Below are positions 38,759-51,546 of a stretch of 64,000 nucleotides of DNA, in pieces. Every line of letters begins with the position of its first letter. The first letter of the stretch is position 1. Below the pieces are notes generated by a model that was given only the letters and a program-made list of their open reading frames with translations, did not search any database and was not told the origin of the DNA. The DNA is from Octopus sinensis (taxonomy: Eukaryota), in NCBI RefSeq assembly GCF_006345805.1, contig NC_043008.1, positions 52,390,001 through 52,454,000 of the forward strand. The letters are read 5' to 3'. Made by a program: the position numbers and the translations under genes.

Positions 38759-38830
38759 CTCTTGCTGACACGGTGTGTCCTTTCTTAAACTAACTAGTAA
38801 AAGTATCTCAAAACCACCATTTCAAAATAA
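38759..38830 (-). other. Probable non-coding first exon of perilipin
   Basis: The ATG exon begins at an acceptor, so an upstream exon is required. GAG|GTAATG donor at 38758 lies downstream of a CpG-richer unique region. The 5' boundary is uncertain. Confidence 0.5.
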
Positions 38831-40225
38831 GTGCAGGCGTGGCTATGTTGTTAACAAGGTCGCTTCCCCACCATAGAGAAGCGTGTTCGGTCCCACGATG
38901 TGGTACCTTAGATAAATGTCTACTGCAATAAACTCAGGCCAAACAAAGTGTTGCGAATGGATAATGTGTGGGTTCGCACATGCGTTTGTCCGTCCGACCT
39001 GCGGCCGAACCATCGAGCACACATCAACTGGTTGGTCACAGTTGGAACACACTGTGTCTTGTCTTCTCCCATGCGATATCCTTGGTCATCGTCGACAACA
39101 ACGGACGTACCGATAGAATAAATATATGTGCGTATATAAAAGAAAGAATATAATACGTACATCCGAAGGAAGAAATTAGTATTGAATAAAAATGGTCAAA
39201 AATGTTTCACTTCAGACAAAAAAAAAAAAAAAGTGTGACTGTGATAAGCTCCCCACCCCCAATCACATGGTTCATTCCTACGGTGTGACACCCAGGGCAA
39301 GTGTCTTCTGCTATAGCCTCAGACTAACAAAAGCCTTGTGAGTGAATTTGGTAGATGGAAACTGAAAGAAACCCTCTGTGTGTGTGGTCACCACCGCTTG
39401 GCAACCAGTGTTGGTAGGTTTACATCCCCATAACTTTGATCGGCAAACGGGATCGCTAGAATAAGGACAAGGCTTTACAAAAAAAAATAAAATAAAGCAC
39501 TGGGGGGTCGATTCATTCGACTAAAAGTGAAGTTAGTGCTCCAGCATGGCCACAGTCTAATGACAAGATAACCTAAAATTAGTTTCCTTCAGAGATTATA
39601 GTTACTTTTAGGTTTTGATTTTTTTTTTTTTTTAATGTTTCGAATAAGAAACAAATTAAAACTGATCTGGGAAAGATTTCCGTCCGGCCCCACTCCCCAT
39701 TTTCTCCCCAATTTTATTTTTCCGAATCATATTTTCCCACAAAAGAAAAAAAAAAAAAAAATCTGAAAAAAGTAAAAACAAAATGAAGGTAATTCGGGTT
39801 GGGGGTGGTAATTTAAAAATGCCGAATTTTGCCAAATTTTTTTTGCAGATTCGTATTCCCCGTAGCCGAAAAGAGGGGGTGGTGTTGAAAAAATGTTTAA
39901 AGGAGAGTGGTTGAGGGGGGGGGGGCGAAGTCTTGCCCTGATCTGTTAAAAAAAAAAAAAAAAAAAAAAAAGGTAAAGATTGTCAAAATATGGAGAATAT
40001 ATTAACAACAACAGTCTAAATACTTTGTAGTTGGACTAGAGTGAGATTTCATGTCAAAACATGACATTTTGAAACAACTGAGAGTGGATGTTTCCGTTGT
40101 AGTTCTCACAGTCAATCCTACTCGCACAGACAATCTCCTCTCCAAACTTTGACACATTTTATTTAAAGAAAAGAAGAAAAAAAAAAAGGCGGGGAGCGAG
40201 AAAAGGAAAAAATTATAAATGTTCA

Positions 40226-40557
40226 GGTGCATGAGTGGGTGTGTGGTAAGAAGCTTGCTTACCAACAACGTGGTTTCGGGTTCAGTTCCACTGTGTGGCA
40301 CCTTGGGTAAGTGTCTTCTACTATAGCCTCGGGTTAACCAACGCCTTGTGGGTGGATTTGGTAGACGGAAACTGAAAGAAGACCATTGTGTGTGTGTGTG
40401 TGTGTGTGTGTGCGTTCCCGTAACAGTCTATCGGTCCCCTTTGCCGAACCGCTAAGTACTAGGTTTACAAAGAACAAGTCCAGGGGTCAATTTGCTCAAC
40501 TAAAGGCGGTGCTCCAGCATATCCACAGTCAAATGACAGAAATGAGTAAAAGAATAC
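40226..40557 (+). mobile_element. tRNA-derived SINE family A
   Basis: Head, core and 3' body as in the copies at 19928 and 36734. Confidence 0.8.
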
Positions 40558-41241
40558 AAGAACAGATATCATCTGGGGTGCCAACACCTTTTTTTCTTTT
40601 TTACGGATTAGTAATTTCAAGAGTAGATTACGATCGAGTAAAAAAAAAAAATCACAAGGGTTGGTGGGAGAGTTTGTTCCTCACCCCACCCCAATAATTT
40701 TGACTTTTGAAAATATTTTCAGATCCATGTTTTAAGCATCTAAAGCGAGGATTCTTCAAAAGCATGCTCAAAGTAAATCTGAAATTTTTCGTTAAGTCAA
40801 AACTGAAGAATTGCAAAAAAGTTGGGGGTGACAAAACCGCTCTGTACATTGTAATCAACGCTATTTAAAACGAACACGTTCCAAAGAATTACGCTTTTTT
40901 GTGGGGAACACCAAATACTTTGTCATTCTATAATAATGCACAAAGAGATGGCTCATTACGCAGCACATTTAAATCATTTAATTAATCCAAACGATGCGAG
41001 AAAAGCTTATGGCACATTCGATAGCAATCATAATGGTGCAAATATCTCATAGGAAGTTTTTCCCTTCAATGTTAATTTATGTTAATTTAATAAATCAATG
41101 TTAATTTATGTCCTTCATATAATTATCTCAGGCGCTTGCTGTCCGAAAGGTTGGGGCCATTCCTTTGAAGTATCTTTCAGTGGTTTCAGTCATTAAATTG
41201 TGGATATGCTGGGACACCACCTTAAAAAGGTTTATATAGTG

Positions 41242-41489
41242 CAGTGGTTCCCAAAGTGGGCAGGGCGGACCCCCTTGAGATCGGTAGAAAGATCCAGGCA
41301 TGAGGGCGGTTAAGAAAAGTGGAGCGATGGATGTAAAAACAACAAAATGTGTAAATTAGGTTGTTTTGTGGAATACAGTGGTTTTGAATTTGCTGGAGAA
41401 AGTGGTCCGTGTTTGTAGAGGTGCGTGGGTGGAGGGTGTGCTAGGAATGTGGCCTGGGTGGCCAACCTGAAAGAGTTTGAGAACCACTG
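41242..41489. mobile_element. Decayed hAT-type MITE
   Basis: Ends CAGTGGTTCCCAAA / TTTGAGAACCACTG. No TSD retained. Confidence 0.55.
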
Positions 41490-41629
41490 GCTTAGTCGAA
41501 GATCTACCCTCTATCGGACAAGTAGTAGGAGGGACGGACGGACGGACGGACCCGCATACAGGACAATAAAGAAATATTGAAACAACGGGTTAGAAAAAAA
41601 AAATCGGTTAAACTAAAGCATTTGACCCG

Positions 41630-41870
41630 AGCCTAAAAACAAAAGAAAAATAGTGTAATATGTGTAAAACAACTTCCTCTAAATGAATACGAAAAAAGAA
41701 AAAAAAAAATGCGCGCTCGTGAAAGGGGTGGGTGGGGGAGAGGCCTCGGAAAATTCACATCGTGAATGTTCCGAGTCGCCTCACCAGAGCCAAGAAACAA
41801 AAGAAAAATAGTGTAATAGGTGTAAAACAACTTGCTCTAAACGAATATGAGAAAAAAAGAAAAAAAAATT
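41630..41870. repeat. Solo fragment of the foldback-element subrepeats
   Basis: AATAGTGTAATAGGTGTAAAACAACTTGCTCTAAACGAATATG and GGGGGAGAGGCCTCGGAAAATTCACATCG units match 11073-11694. Confidence 0.8.
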
Positions 41871-42170
41871 CCTGAATTGGTTAACTTTCATAAGTTGTAT
41901 GTTAAAAGACGCCGTCGATATATCTGCTATTGAAATTAGAATTCACAACCCACTGGACCCACCTTCAAAAGTAAAACATTTGATAAAACCTGTTAACTTT
42001 TTCTCTATATTATACATACGAGACGGCAAACGGATTCTAAAACAACTTTCAATATAGTAGTTGCATTATAATAGTTCCCCCCCCCCCCCCGCTCCCAAAC
42101 AAAAAAGTAAAATAAAGCACTCGCACTATATTCGTTCTTCATTCCTGTTCTTATTTTAACTGATGTCCTC

Positions 42171-42338
42171 TGTCCGGAAATCTTTCGTCACACATCTGTG
42201 ACCTCTTCAGCGACACTTTCCGTCCTCGTGTAAACTCCTGCTCCAGGAGCAGGAGAGACTTAGCGGAGCAGGAGCATACACAAGGGCGGAAGGTGTCGCT
42301 GAAGAGGTCACAGATGTGTGACAAAAGCTTTCCGGACA
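42171..42338. repeat. GC-rich long hairpin, 62-bp arms
   Basis: 42171-42232 pairs with 42277-42338 with 5 differences. The loop holds CTCCTGCTCC and two GGAGCAGGAG copies. Confidence 0.85.
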
Positions 42339-43745
42339 AAGGAACAGTAATAAACGAGTGAAGAATAAATATATAGTGCGTGTGTTTATTTGGGAAAAGA
42401 AAAAAAATGACCGTCCCGAAATATAACCAATCCTTTCTGTAATAAAGGAAGAGGATAGTCGAGTACATCGACCCCAGTGCTTAATTGCTAGTCATTTCAT
42501 CGACTCCAAAGTTGCCCTCGGCGTAGTCTGATGAAATAACCATTCGCATTTAATAATTATGAGGATGATGAAAGCGCCTGACTATTTTAACTGCTGCTAA
42601 AATTCGGCACGGCTGTCGAAATTACAAGGCTAGTGTTTTGAAGTTGCAAAACATTGGGTGCGCCAGGCTGGGTTTTTTTTCTTTTTTAACCAAATAAAAA
42701 ATAAAATAACTTATATTTCAACTTTCTGCATTTTACGTTAGTGCTGTCACGTTAAAAATTAAAAAAAAGTGACCATTATTATAGATTTAAACTTCGTAGA
42801 ATGAGTAAGTTTAACTTTTTCATTGATTTGCAAGCTGAAGTTTCGTGTGTTTTGTAAACTATTTGGGAGGTGTGTCTGGATCAGTTAACTTCGTAACTTT
42901 CTGAGTATATTATTTATATGGGAAAATACAGAATTAGAAGTAATTTCCCACCTCCCGAATGATGAAGTTGATAGGAATAAAAACATCTCATGTGAAGCGG
43001 TGGGGATCGAACGTAGTAAGTCGAGGGTAGAACTCAAGTTACGTCAACGAAACCTAGAGTTGAAATTACAGGCTGTTAAACATTTATTTTAATATTAACA
43101 ATTAAAATTAATATTGGTGGAGGTGAATAAGTACACCACCCGTCTTCTGCGTAACAAAAAACCCTAAACACAGGTGTGCAGATTCTTTACTTTCATCCCA
43201 ATGTTATTTTTTTAATTACATACAGAAGCAAATATCTAAAAAAATATATATATACATATAACAGAAGCGGTAGGACAGAGGCAAGATATTTAACGGTGTT
43301 TAGATCAGTTCAATTCATACCATCCAGGAATTTGAGTAAATAAAGATGCAATAATATAAATAGATTAAATAAATTAACATGAAGCTTAATGCCAAAAATA
43401 TTTTGAAAAAAAAAATCGTATTTATAAAAATATACACCTATATATTCGTCTATAGTTGTTAAAACTTTAGTATAAACGGGATTTTTTAAAAGTCAGCTTC
43501 TTTTAATGCCCACTGCATTAAATATTGCTTAAGAGTAACAAAACAACTAATTATTAACAATAGTTTGATTAATGTTAAATTTGTTACGAAAAGAAAAAAA
43601 ACAAACTTTCCAACTGTTAATGAAATTACAAAGTTTTGATGGCAAAACTATAAGTATACCAAGTTATTACTATAACTAGGTATTGTAAATAGACATAAAA
43701 TATAGAAGAAATAAAAGCTGTTCTTGTCAAACATAATAAACTTAC

Positions 43746-43901
43746 TGTAATCAATCAAGTTCAATAGTTTGGTAAAGGTCTTCTTAGTGAGACAACACCT
43801 TCTCTGTAGTCTGACTTATTACGCTATGGCACTGAAGATCTGCCGACGGCTCTTTTATACTAGTTTCCTCCTGTTTAGTTTATTAACTGTAAATGACGTC
43901 A
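43746..43901 (-). promoter_or_regulatory. Candidate CRE-TATA-Inr promoter with an 88-nt non-coding exon
   Basis: TGACGTCA at 43894-43901; TATAAAAG starting at 43859 (-); TCAGT at 43835-43831; GTAAGT donor at 43745. Confidence 0.35.
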
Positions 43902-45391
43902 ATATCCTCTGTTCTTAATTTTTGACAATTCGAGAAGCAAGGTCAAAAAAGGGGACGACCGCGTGGAATATGCGTCATTTTGATAAAATTCCTACGTTGG
44001 TTTGATCTAGTCAGAGAGATTATAAATTTGTTAAGAGCAGTTTCGTTCAATTTTGAAGAGGTTGTGGTACAAAGTTTATGATAACAGGACGAAGACAGAC
44101 TTGACTGGAAATACGATCGATTAAACGGGTGAGCAGACTAGGTAAATGAAACTGATAGACAAACAAGAAACACAAGGTTCTAATGTAGAGGCACGAGGCC
44201 TTAGATTTGGGAAGAATACAGTCGAGAACATTGACCCAGTACTTGACAGGTGTTCCATTTTTATCGGCCCCGGAAGGATAAAAGGAAAGGTTGACCTCGA
44301 CAGGATTTCTCCCATTTCCCCGAGGTCATCTTAAAAAGAAAATAAAGTAAAGAAAAACACAATCAATTGATAGGAAGAGAAATAAGACATTTTTCTTCTT
44401 TTTATTGAATAGAATGGGAATGGCTTTCAGATTTATTGTTAAATCCTCAAAAAAATTTATCCAACCAGGTGTGTTTTGACATATACATTTTTTTCCACAA
44501 ATGTTTGTTTGGTCATTTGCAGCCACCAACTTTATACTAAGTTGGAGACGAGCTAGCAAGGGCGCTCTGAATGGTCGCTTGGCCTACTAAAAATAGCAGC
44601 CAAACCTCCTAAGAGTCTTAAAAGATACAAATCTAAAATAGAAATTAAGACAGTCATGGTTAAAATCCTTTGATCACAGGTCTGCTAGATCAGAGTTGGT
44701 CAACCTGCGTCAGTTGTTAACTGCCAGGACCGTTCATTCTTTAAAAAATTCTCTTTTCCGAAATTCATCAACACCACTCTTGATGTGCCAAAACACCCCT
44801 CCACGACAATGAGAAGACGATTCAGTCACATGATTCGGATCAAGATGGAAAAGAAGGGCCCAATCAAGAAAGGATTGGAAGCGCATTGTAACCAGCGGGG
44901 TATAACAACATCCGATAGTCTGGCCGATACATGACAACGCTTGTTCTTCAAGATTTCATTTGACTTATGTTTATTTTACTGACCCCACTTTTAACCTTTT
45001 CTAACGAGTTATAGTGTACCTTAGCACTTTTTTACAGTAAGCTCATTATCATTTTAACTAATTTAAATATCCTTTTGACTTTTTGTGATGAGAAACATTG
45101 AGATTCCGAAAGAAAACTATCCTTTATTGTTGAATTAATTGATAATCATCTTAGTTCTACAAATTTAAAGACTGATTCTGGGGTTACTAACAGAAGGAGG
45201 GCTAATAAAGAGTTAACGGGAAACGAGATCAGGACAATAGGACAACGAGCCATATCAATAGCAGAAGGGAAAGAAACGAGGTGATCGACGAAGATCGAAA
45301 GGAAATTATAAATAATTGCAGCGTGGAAGGTGTTTATAAGCCATTTAAAACACACAAAAACCGTTAAATTCATTCTAACATTTTAATTCAA

Positions 45392-45443
45392 TTTGCCAAA
45401 ATATTTTCGTCGCTTTGAGACCGCGACCTGTTCACTGACAAAA
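45392..45443 (-). ncRNA. Candidate type I hammerhead ribozyme with swapped G3-C8 core
   Basis: Stem I UUUGUCA/UGGCAAA; core GUGAACA; extra G; stem II GUCGC/GCGAC; GAAA; palindromic stem III AAUAUU; UUU triplet. Confidence 0.55.
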
Positions 45444-45742
45444 TTCCGTGCTGCAATCTCAATTATAAATAGGTAAGAGAAAACGAACTATTTACTTCAT
45501 GTGTATAAGAGAGAGAGAGATGGCTGTCCCCTTATTCCCGGGACAATCTTAGCAGAATTATGAGTCCCCGGACAAATCAATGCTCTGGTCCCAAATGCAT
45601 TCATTGACAAAAAGCTACAGCATACGTAGGTCAGAGTTAAGTTTCTTAGACTCGTGGGGGGTCCCTAGGTAACTGCTCGGTGTGCGTATGCGTTAAGACA
45701 GCACTGCTTGTCTCCCCTACACTTAAGGCGTTCTAAATTCAT

Positions 45743-45812
<70 letters not shown>

Positions 45813-45903
45813 CCCTCTTTCTCTTTTTCTTTTATTTAGGCACATGGGCTTTATAAAGAGGGGACACCACAAGAACAGACAAAACAAAACATGGGGTATT
45901 GAA

Positions 45904-46308
45904 GGCGGCGAGCTGGCAGAAACGTTAGTACGCTGGGCAAAATACCTAGCAGCATTTCGTCTGCCGTTACGTTCTGAGTTCAAATTCCGCCGAGGTCGAC
46001 TTTGCCTTTCATCCTTTCGGGGTCGATAAATTAAATACCAGTTACGCACTGGGGTCGATATAATCAGCTTAATCCATTTGTTTGTCCCCTCTGTGTTTAG
46101 CCCCTTGTGAGTAGTAAAGAAATAGGTATTTCGCCTGCCGTTACGTTCTGAGATCAAATTCTGCCGAGGTCGACTTTGCCTTTCATCCTTTCGGGGTCAA
46201 TAAATTAAACCCCAGTTACGCACTGGGGTCGATATAACCGGCTTAATCCGTTTGTCTGTCCTTGTTTGTCCCCTCTATGTTTAGCCCCTTGTGGGCAATA
46301 ACGAAATA
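45904..46308 (+). mobile_element. tRNA-derived SINE family B, full copy plus partial tandem copy
   Basis: GGCGGCGAGCTGGCAGAAACGTTAG head. The body repeats from about 46125. Confidence 0.85.
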
Positions 46309-46349
46309 TAAAACAATACATGGGGTACATAAAAACGTATAACGAATAC

Positions 46350-46733
46350 ATCTTTATATATAAAAGTGAAGTTGTGTGAGTGTCTGTCTCCTACGATTTA
46401 GATTCCTAACTACTCCTACATTTTGTGGTGCAGTTTAACCAAAAGCGGGTATCTTATAGTCGTGATTCATATTGAGCCCTTCTGGGTATTAGCGCGCGTC
46501 TATGATGAATCTACGATTAAAAAAAAAATTACCATCATTTTTTTCCATTTTAATGCATTTTTTCGCTATTATATAAGGGAAGTAACTCTCTAAAAATGTC
46601 TACGATGAGTCAACGATTTAAAAAAAAATTTACCATAATTTTTTTTCCATTTTTAATGTATTTTTTTTGCTATTTTGTGGCTATAACTTTCTAAAAATGC
46701 TTATATAGTTATTTCCCGGGCGATACTGCTAGT
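46350..46733 (-). mobile_element. Helitron/HINE-like element
   Basis: Reverse copy of the 14979 family. Confidence 0.6.
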
Positions 46734-47367
46734 TATGAATATAAATGAAATGAGAATGAAATGGCATTCCTACCCGTCTCTCCCTCTTTCTCGCCCCACT
46801 CTTGTGAGTGTCCACTCCTATAAACCATGCCTTAATCTCTATTATACCCAGCATTTCTTTCTCAAAACGTTGAGGCTCTGGAAATCTCAACCTGCTCATG
46901 TTTTTACAACAGTGAGTATACAACAAGACGTGTGTATATTCACTGAGTAAAGCAATTATGTAATATTTATAACTCTTTGTTAACATTACGACCGGTCACA
47001 CTACATTTTCGAAAACGAGTGGAATACAAAGAAATTCTTTGGTATCAGGAAGAGCAGCCAGTCATAAAATACTACCATCTACAAATCCCCGGCCAATCCA
47101 TGCTAGCATGAGCAAGAAAAAGGGACGTTAAATAAATAAATAAGTAAATCGAGATTGAATGTTGTCATTGAACCGATTTCAGTTGTTCTTATGGAAATAT
47201 GTGTGGTTAAGAAGTTTGCTTTCCAACAACATGATTCCGGGTTCAGTCTCACTGCACAGCGCCTTGAGTAAGTTTCTTTTACCATAGGTACGGGCCAAAC
47301 AAAGGTTTTTGAATGGATTTGGTAGACGGAAACTGAAAGAATCCCATCGTACATGTATGTATGTATG

Positions 47368-47499
47368 CACTAGCGTAGCTAAAGTGTGTGCCACCTTAGG
47401 CGGCCCTACCGTTTGTCGCTTCAGGACCCCAGAAAAAACATATATTGCCTACAGCAGACCTGAGAGTGCCAGCCCTACCGCCCCCTAGCTACACTAGTG
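47368..47499. mobile_element. hAT-type MITE nested in a SINE microsatellite
   Basis: TIRs CACTAGCGTAGCTA / TAGCTACACTAGTG. 8-bp TSD TATGTATG / TACGTATG. Confidence 0.7.
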
Positions 47500-48049
47500 T
47501 ACGTATGGTACGCATATACGCACGTATGTGCGTGTCTTCCATCACTACTTAACCGATATTGGTTTATTTACGTTCCTCTAATTTAGCGGTTTGGTAAAAA
47601 AGCATGGCCATAGTTTAGTGACTGAAATAAGTAAAAGACTAAAGTTCACAGCAGAACTCTTGGAAGAAACAAAAACAGAAGATCAAAGGCTGACTGAGAG
47701 AATTAAGGGCCCCGGACATAACTGTTCATGGGGCCCCTTAGCATTGATATCAAAGAGAGTTAACATGTAGAGTGTGGAGCCCCTCAAAGCTCCGAGCCTT
47801 CGGGCAATGCCTGATTGACCAATCGCTCAGACTGCCCCTGCAGAAGATGAGACTAGATCAAGTTATTTCTGGTACTGATTTACAAGACCAAAGAAATTCT
47901 GCTGAGGTCGACTTTGCCTTTCCCTTTTTTGGGGTCAATGAAATAAGTACCAATTCCACACTGGGGTCCATGTAATCAACTAACCTCCTCCCCTAAAATT
48001 TCAGGCCTTGTGCCTATAATAGTAAGGTTAATCTTTTTGATGAAAAGTT

Positions 48050-48908
48050 GTGCCATATGTAACTCCTGGTAAAATTAATATGATGTTTTGCTGTAATATG
48101 CGATTTTTCTCCCATCACTCCAAACAATTTTTGTTGGAAAGTGAGCAAGTTGTCAAGTATCATTTTCAAAGCTCCAATCTTCATCCCAAATCATCTTCCA
48201 CGAGTGCGTGGACAGTCCTTGGAATGTAATTTTTGCAATGACAGACTTTAAAAATATGAAGGATGCTAGATTTTGAAATTCTTGTCTCATCACTCGCTGC
48301 ACAAATTTACATTAACTCTGGCAATATATTTCCAGTACCCTTTTTGGCGGGTATGTTAATGACTCCTGTAACATTTATTGTGCACATTTTAAATAGTTCC
48401 ATCTGCTTTAAACCTATCTGTAATTTCAGTAATGGCTACTGACATAAGTGGATCTGTTTGAAACTCTTACCTAAGCTTTCTTTGGCTTGTTTTGAAATTT
48501 CCAATAGAACTACTTTAGGATAAATTTCCTCTGTTGAAAGTTTTGTTTTGTTCCCTTAATTATTCCTAATGGGTTAATTCTAAAAAAGAAATGAAAATTT
48601 AATGAGTTATCAGCTGTTAAGGTATGTATACAACTTTGGAGCAAACCTATACATACATTCATATACATATGGATGCAGGTTGTTCATAAATTATATTTAC
48701 ATGTTCCACAGTTTATTGTATCTGTTAAAGCTGAGATTCATCAATCAACTTCTTTGACTCAAATGGAGCCCATGTGAAAGTTCTCCAATGTTTCTAATAA
48801 AACTTTATTGCCAATGTTTTCCAATAAATTCCGCTGAGTTAGCCTTATTTTTCATTTTCTTTTTTTCCTATTTTTTTATATTGTAAAAGTAATTTATGGA
48901 CACCTTCT
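48050..48908 (-). mobile_element. Decayed Tc1/mariner transposon
   Basis: Minus frames give ISKSSILHIFK...YIPRTVHALVEDD and KIVWSD (first catalytic D motif), with stops and frameshifts. TIR-like end TA|GAAGGTGTCCATAAA at about 48908. Confidence 0.6.
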
Positions 48909-49570
48909 ATACATACATACACACACACATACATATACATACATACATATACATACACACACATATATACATACATACATACACACACATATACATACAT
49001 ACACACACACACATACATATACACACACACATACATACATACATACATACATGCTTACATGCATACATACATACATACATACATACATACATACATACAT
49101 ACATACATAGAAATACATACATACATACGTAGAAACACTGCCAAATCTGACTGGGCCTGATGAAGCCTCCCGGCTTCACAAACCCCAGTTAAACCGTCCA
49201 ACCCATGCTAGCATGGAAAACGGACGCTAAATGATGATGAGGATGATGATGATGATACATACATACATACATACATGCTTGCATGCATACACACACATAC
49301 ACATACATACATACATACATACATGCATGCATGCATGCATGCATACATACATACATACATACATACATTCATACATACATACATACATACATACATGCAT
49401 GCATGCATGCATGCATACATACATACATTCATACATACATACATTCATACATGCATGCATGCATGCATGCATACATACATACATACATACATACATACAT
49501 ACATACATACATGCATGCATGCATATATACATGCATACATACATACATACATACATACATATGTATGTAT
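48909..49570. repeat. (CATA)n/(CATG)n compound microsatellites flanking an RTE 3' tail
   Basis: Visible tandem tetramers at 48909-49128 and 49255-49570. Confidence 0.9.
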
Positions 49571-49969
49571 TTATGTATTATACGGTATTTTTTGTTTTTT
49601 TTTGCTTTTTTGCAGTTAATTTATCAGTGTTTAAACAAATAAATGAACTATCTATCAGTTTTAACTTCAAATATTTCTGTGTCAAGTATTTCTCTGTTTA
49701 ATCTGATGTTTGATCAGATTTATCAAGGTTGTTGTCCCAAAAATAGATTAATTAAATACTAAAGTTTAGACTGAAGTAGGAGGAAAAGATGTAGTTTGCC
49801 CTCTCAGCCTTGTTTTGCTCTATTGTACGTGCGTCTGTGTCAGCATGCGCATGAGATGTTCTTTATTTATAGACAAGTAGTGTCTGAATTTTTACTCTTG
49901 GAGGTTGTCGTTTAACCCCAGGTCACCCCTGAGTGAACAATGATTACACATACCCATTTCTTTACTGGA

Positions 49970-50354
49970 TGGAAGCACTCCATCGGTTACGACGATGAGG
50001 GTTCCGGTTGATCCGAATCAACGGAACAGCCTGCTCGTGAAATTAACGTGTAAGTGGCTGAGCACTCCACAGACACATGTACCCTTAACGAAGTTCTCGG
50101 GGATATTCAGCGTGACACAGAGAGTGACAAGGCCGGCTCTTTGAAATACAGGTACAACAGAAACAGGAAGTAAGAGTGAGAGAAAGTTGTGGTGAAAGAG
50201 TACAGCAGGGATCACCACCATCCCCTGCCGGAGCCTCGTGGAGCTTTAGGTGTTTTCGCTCAATAAACACTCACAACGCCCGGTCTGGGAATCGAAACCG
50301 CGATCCTATGACCGCAAGTCCGCTGCCCTAACCACTGGGTCATTGCGCCTCCAC
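49970..50354 (-). mobile_element. tRNA-derived SINE family C, near full length
   Basis: Head GTGGAGGCGCAATGACCCAGTGGTTAGGG...GGTTTCGATTCC has A and B boxes. Decayed relatives at about 6420, 29620 and 59920. Confidence 0.8.
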
Positions 50355-50584
50355 ATTTCTTTACTACCCACAAGGGGCTAAACACAGAGGGGACAAACAA
50401 GGACAGACAAAGGGATTAAGTCGATTATATCGACCCCAGTGCATAACTTGTACTTATTTAATTGACCCCGAAAGGATGAAATGCAAAGTCGACCTTGGCG
50501 GAATTTGAACTCAGAACGTAGCAGCAGACGAAATGCCGCTAAGCATTTCGCCCGGTGTGCTAACGATTCTGCCAGCTCGCCGCC
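50355..50584 (-). mobile_element. tRNA-derived SINE family B
   Basis: Reverse copy of the 45904 family. Confidence 0.85.
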
Positions 50585-51488
50585 TTTAATGATTACACAT
50601 ACCATCAATGGTATGATTGTCATGTGAGAAGTGATGATTATTCCTTGACAGGTGTGACTAATTGTTCGATTAGTCATTCAACCTCTTGCTATACCATTGT
50701 TGTTTAACCTGTTTGAGGCCAACCTGTCTGAAACCACACCTAATTCAATGATATAAATTGCCTTTTTTAAGTGATCTAGATTAAAACCTTTCATTGAAAT
50801 TTCACGATTATTTACGTTCCAGGTATCAGCTTAGTTATTTTATTAAATTCTTCATTATTTTAAAAATTTATTGAAACAAAACAGCATTTCAACAGAAATA
50901 TGGTAACAAAACTGTTTAATTTATTTAAATAAAAACTTTCCAATGAAATTTCGTATTAATTTATCTTCCAGACACCAGCTTAATAACAGCAGTTATTTTA
51001 CCAAATTCTTTATTTTCATAACTGACTGACACAAAATCAGTGCATTTCAACAGAAATATGGCAAGAAAAGAGATAAAGGATTCTAAATTAAAACCTATCA
51101 AAATTTCATGTTAATTTACATTCCAGACACCAATTAATGACGACAAAGTTATTTACTAAATCCCTCATTGTACTTCTTCAGTGATCTGGACATGCTAATG
51201 ATAATAGTTTTTAAGCTACAAAGCCAGCAGTGTTGAAGGAAGGGAGTTAGTCACCTACATTGACTGATATTCTATTTTATCATCTCTGAAAGATGAAAAA
51301 TATAGTTGACTTTAACAGGATTTGGACTCAGAATACAAAGAGCCAAAACAAATACCACAAGGCCTTTTGGTCCAACCAGTCTATCACTCTAGTGGGTACT
51401 AACAATTGTTTCTAATGTAGGCACAAGACCTCAAATTATGGAGGAGGGGTTAATCAATTAAACCAACCATAGCATTTTACTACTACTT

Positions 51489-51492
<4 letters not shown>

Positions 51493-51546
<54 letters not shown>

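Noticed and set aside
42520-42585. CTGATGA...GAAAGCGCCTGACTA, resembling a hammerhead or a C/D box pair
   Set aside because: No stem II, no valid NUH triplet, and stem I would consume C3.
44760-44930. Plus frame with a weak SUMO-like look (RIKMEKKGPIKKGLEAHCNQRG)
   Set aside because: Another frame (RWKRRAQSRKDWKRIV) fits a decayed LINE C-terminus better, and there are no splice signals.
48845-49701. Many overlapping MYVC/HTYI ORFs (also at 1013-1382 and 36790-37238)
   Set aside because: Stop-free microsatellite translations, not genes.
50280-50354. tRNA-like sequence with A and B boxes
   Set aside because: It is the head of a SINE. It continues into the SINE body and has no complete acceptor stem.
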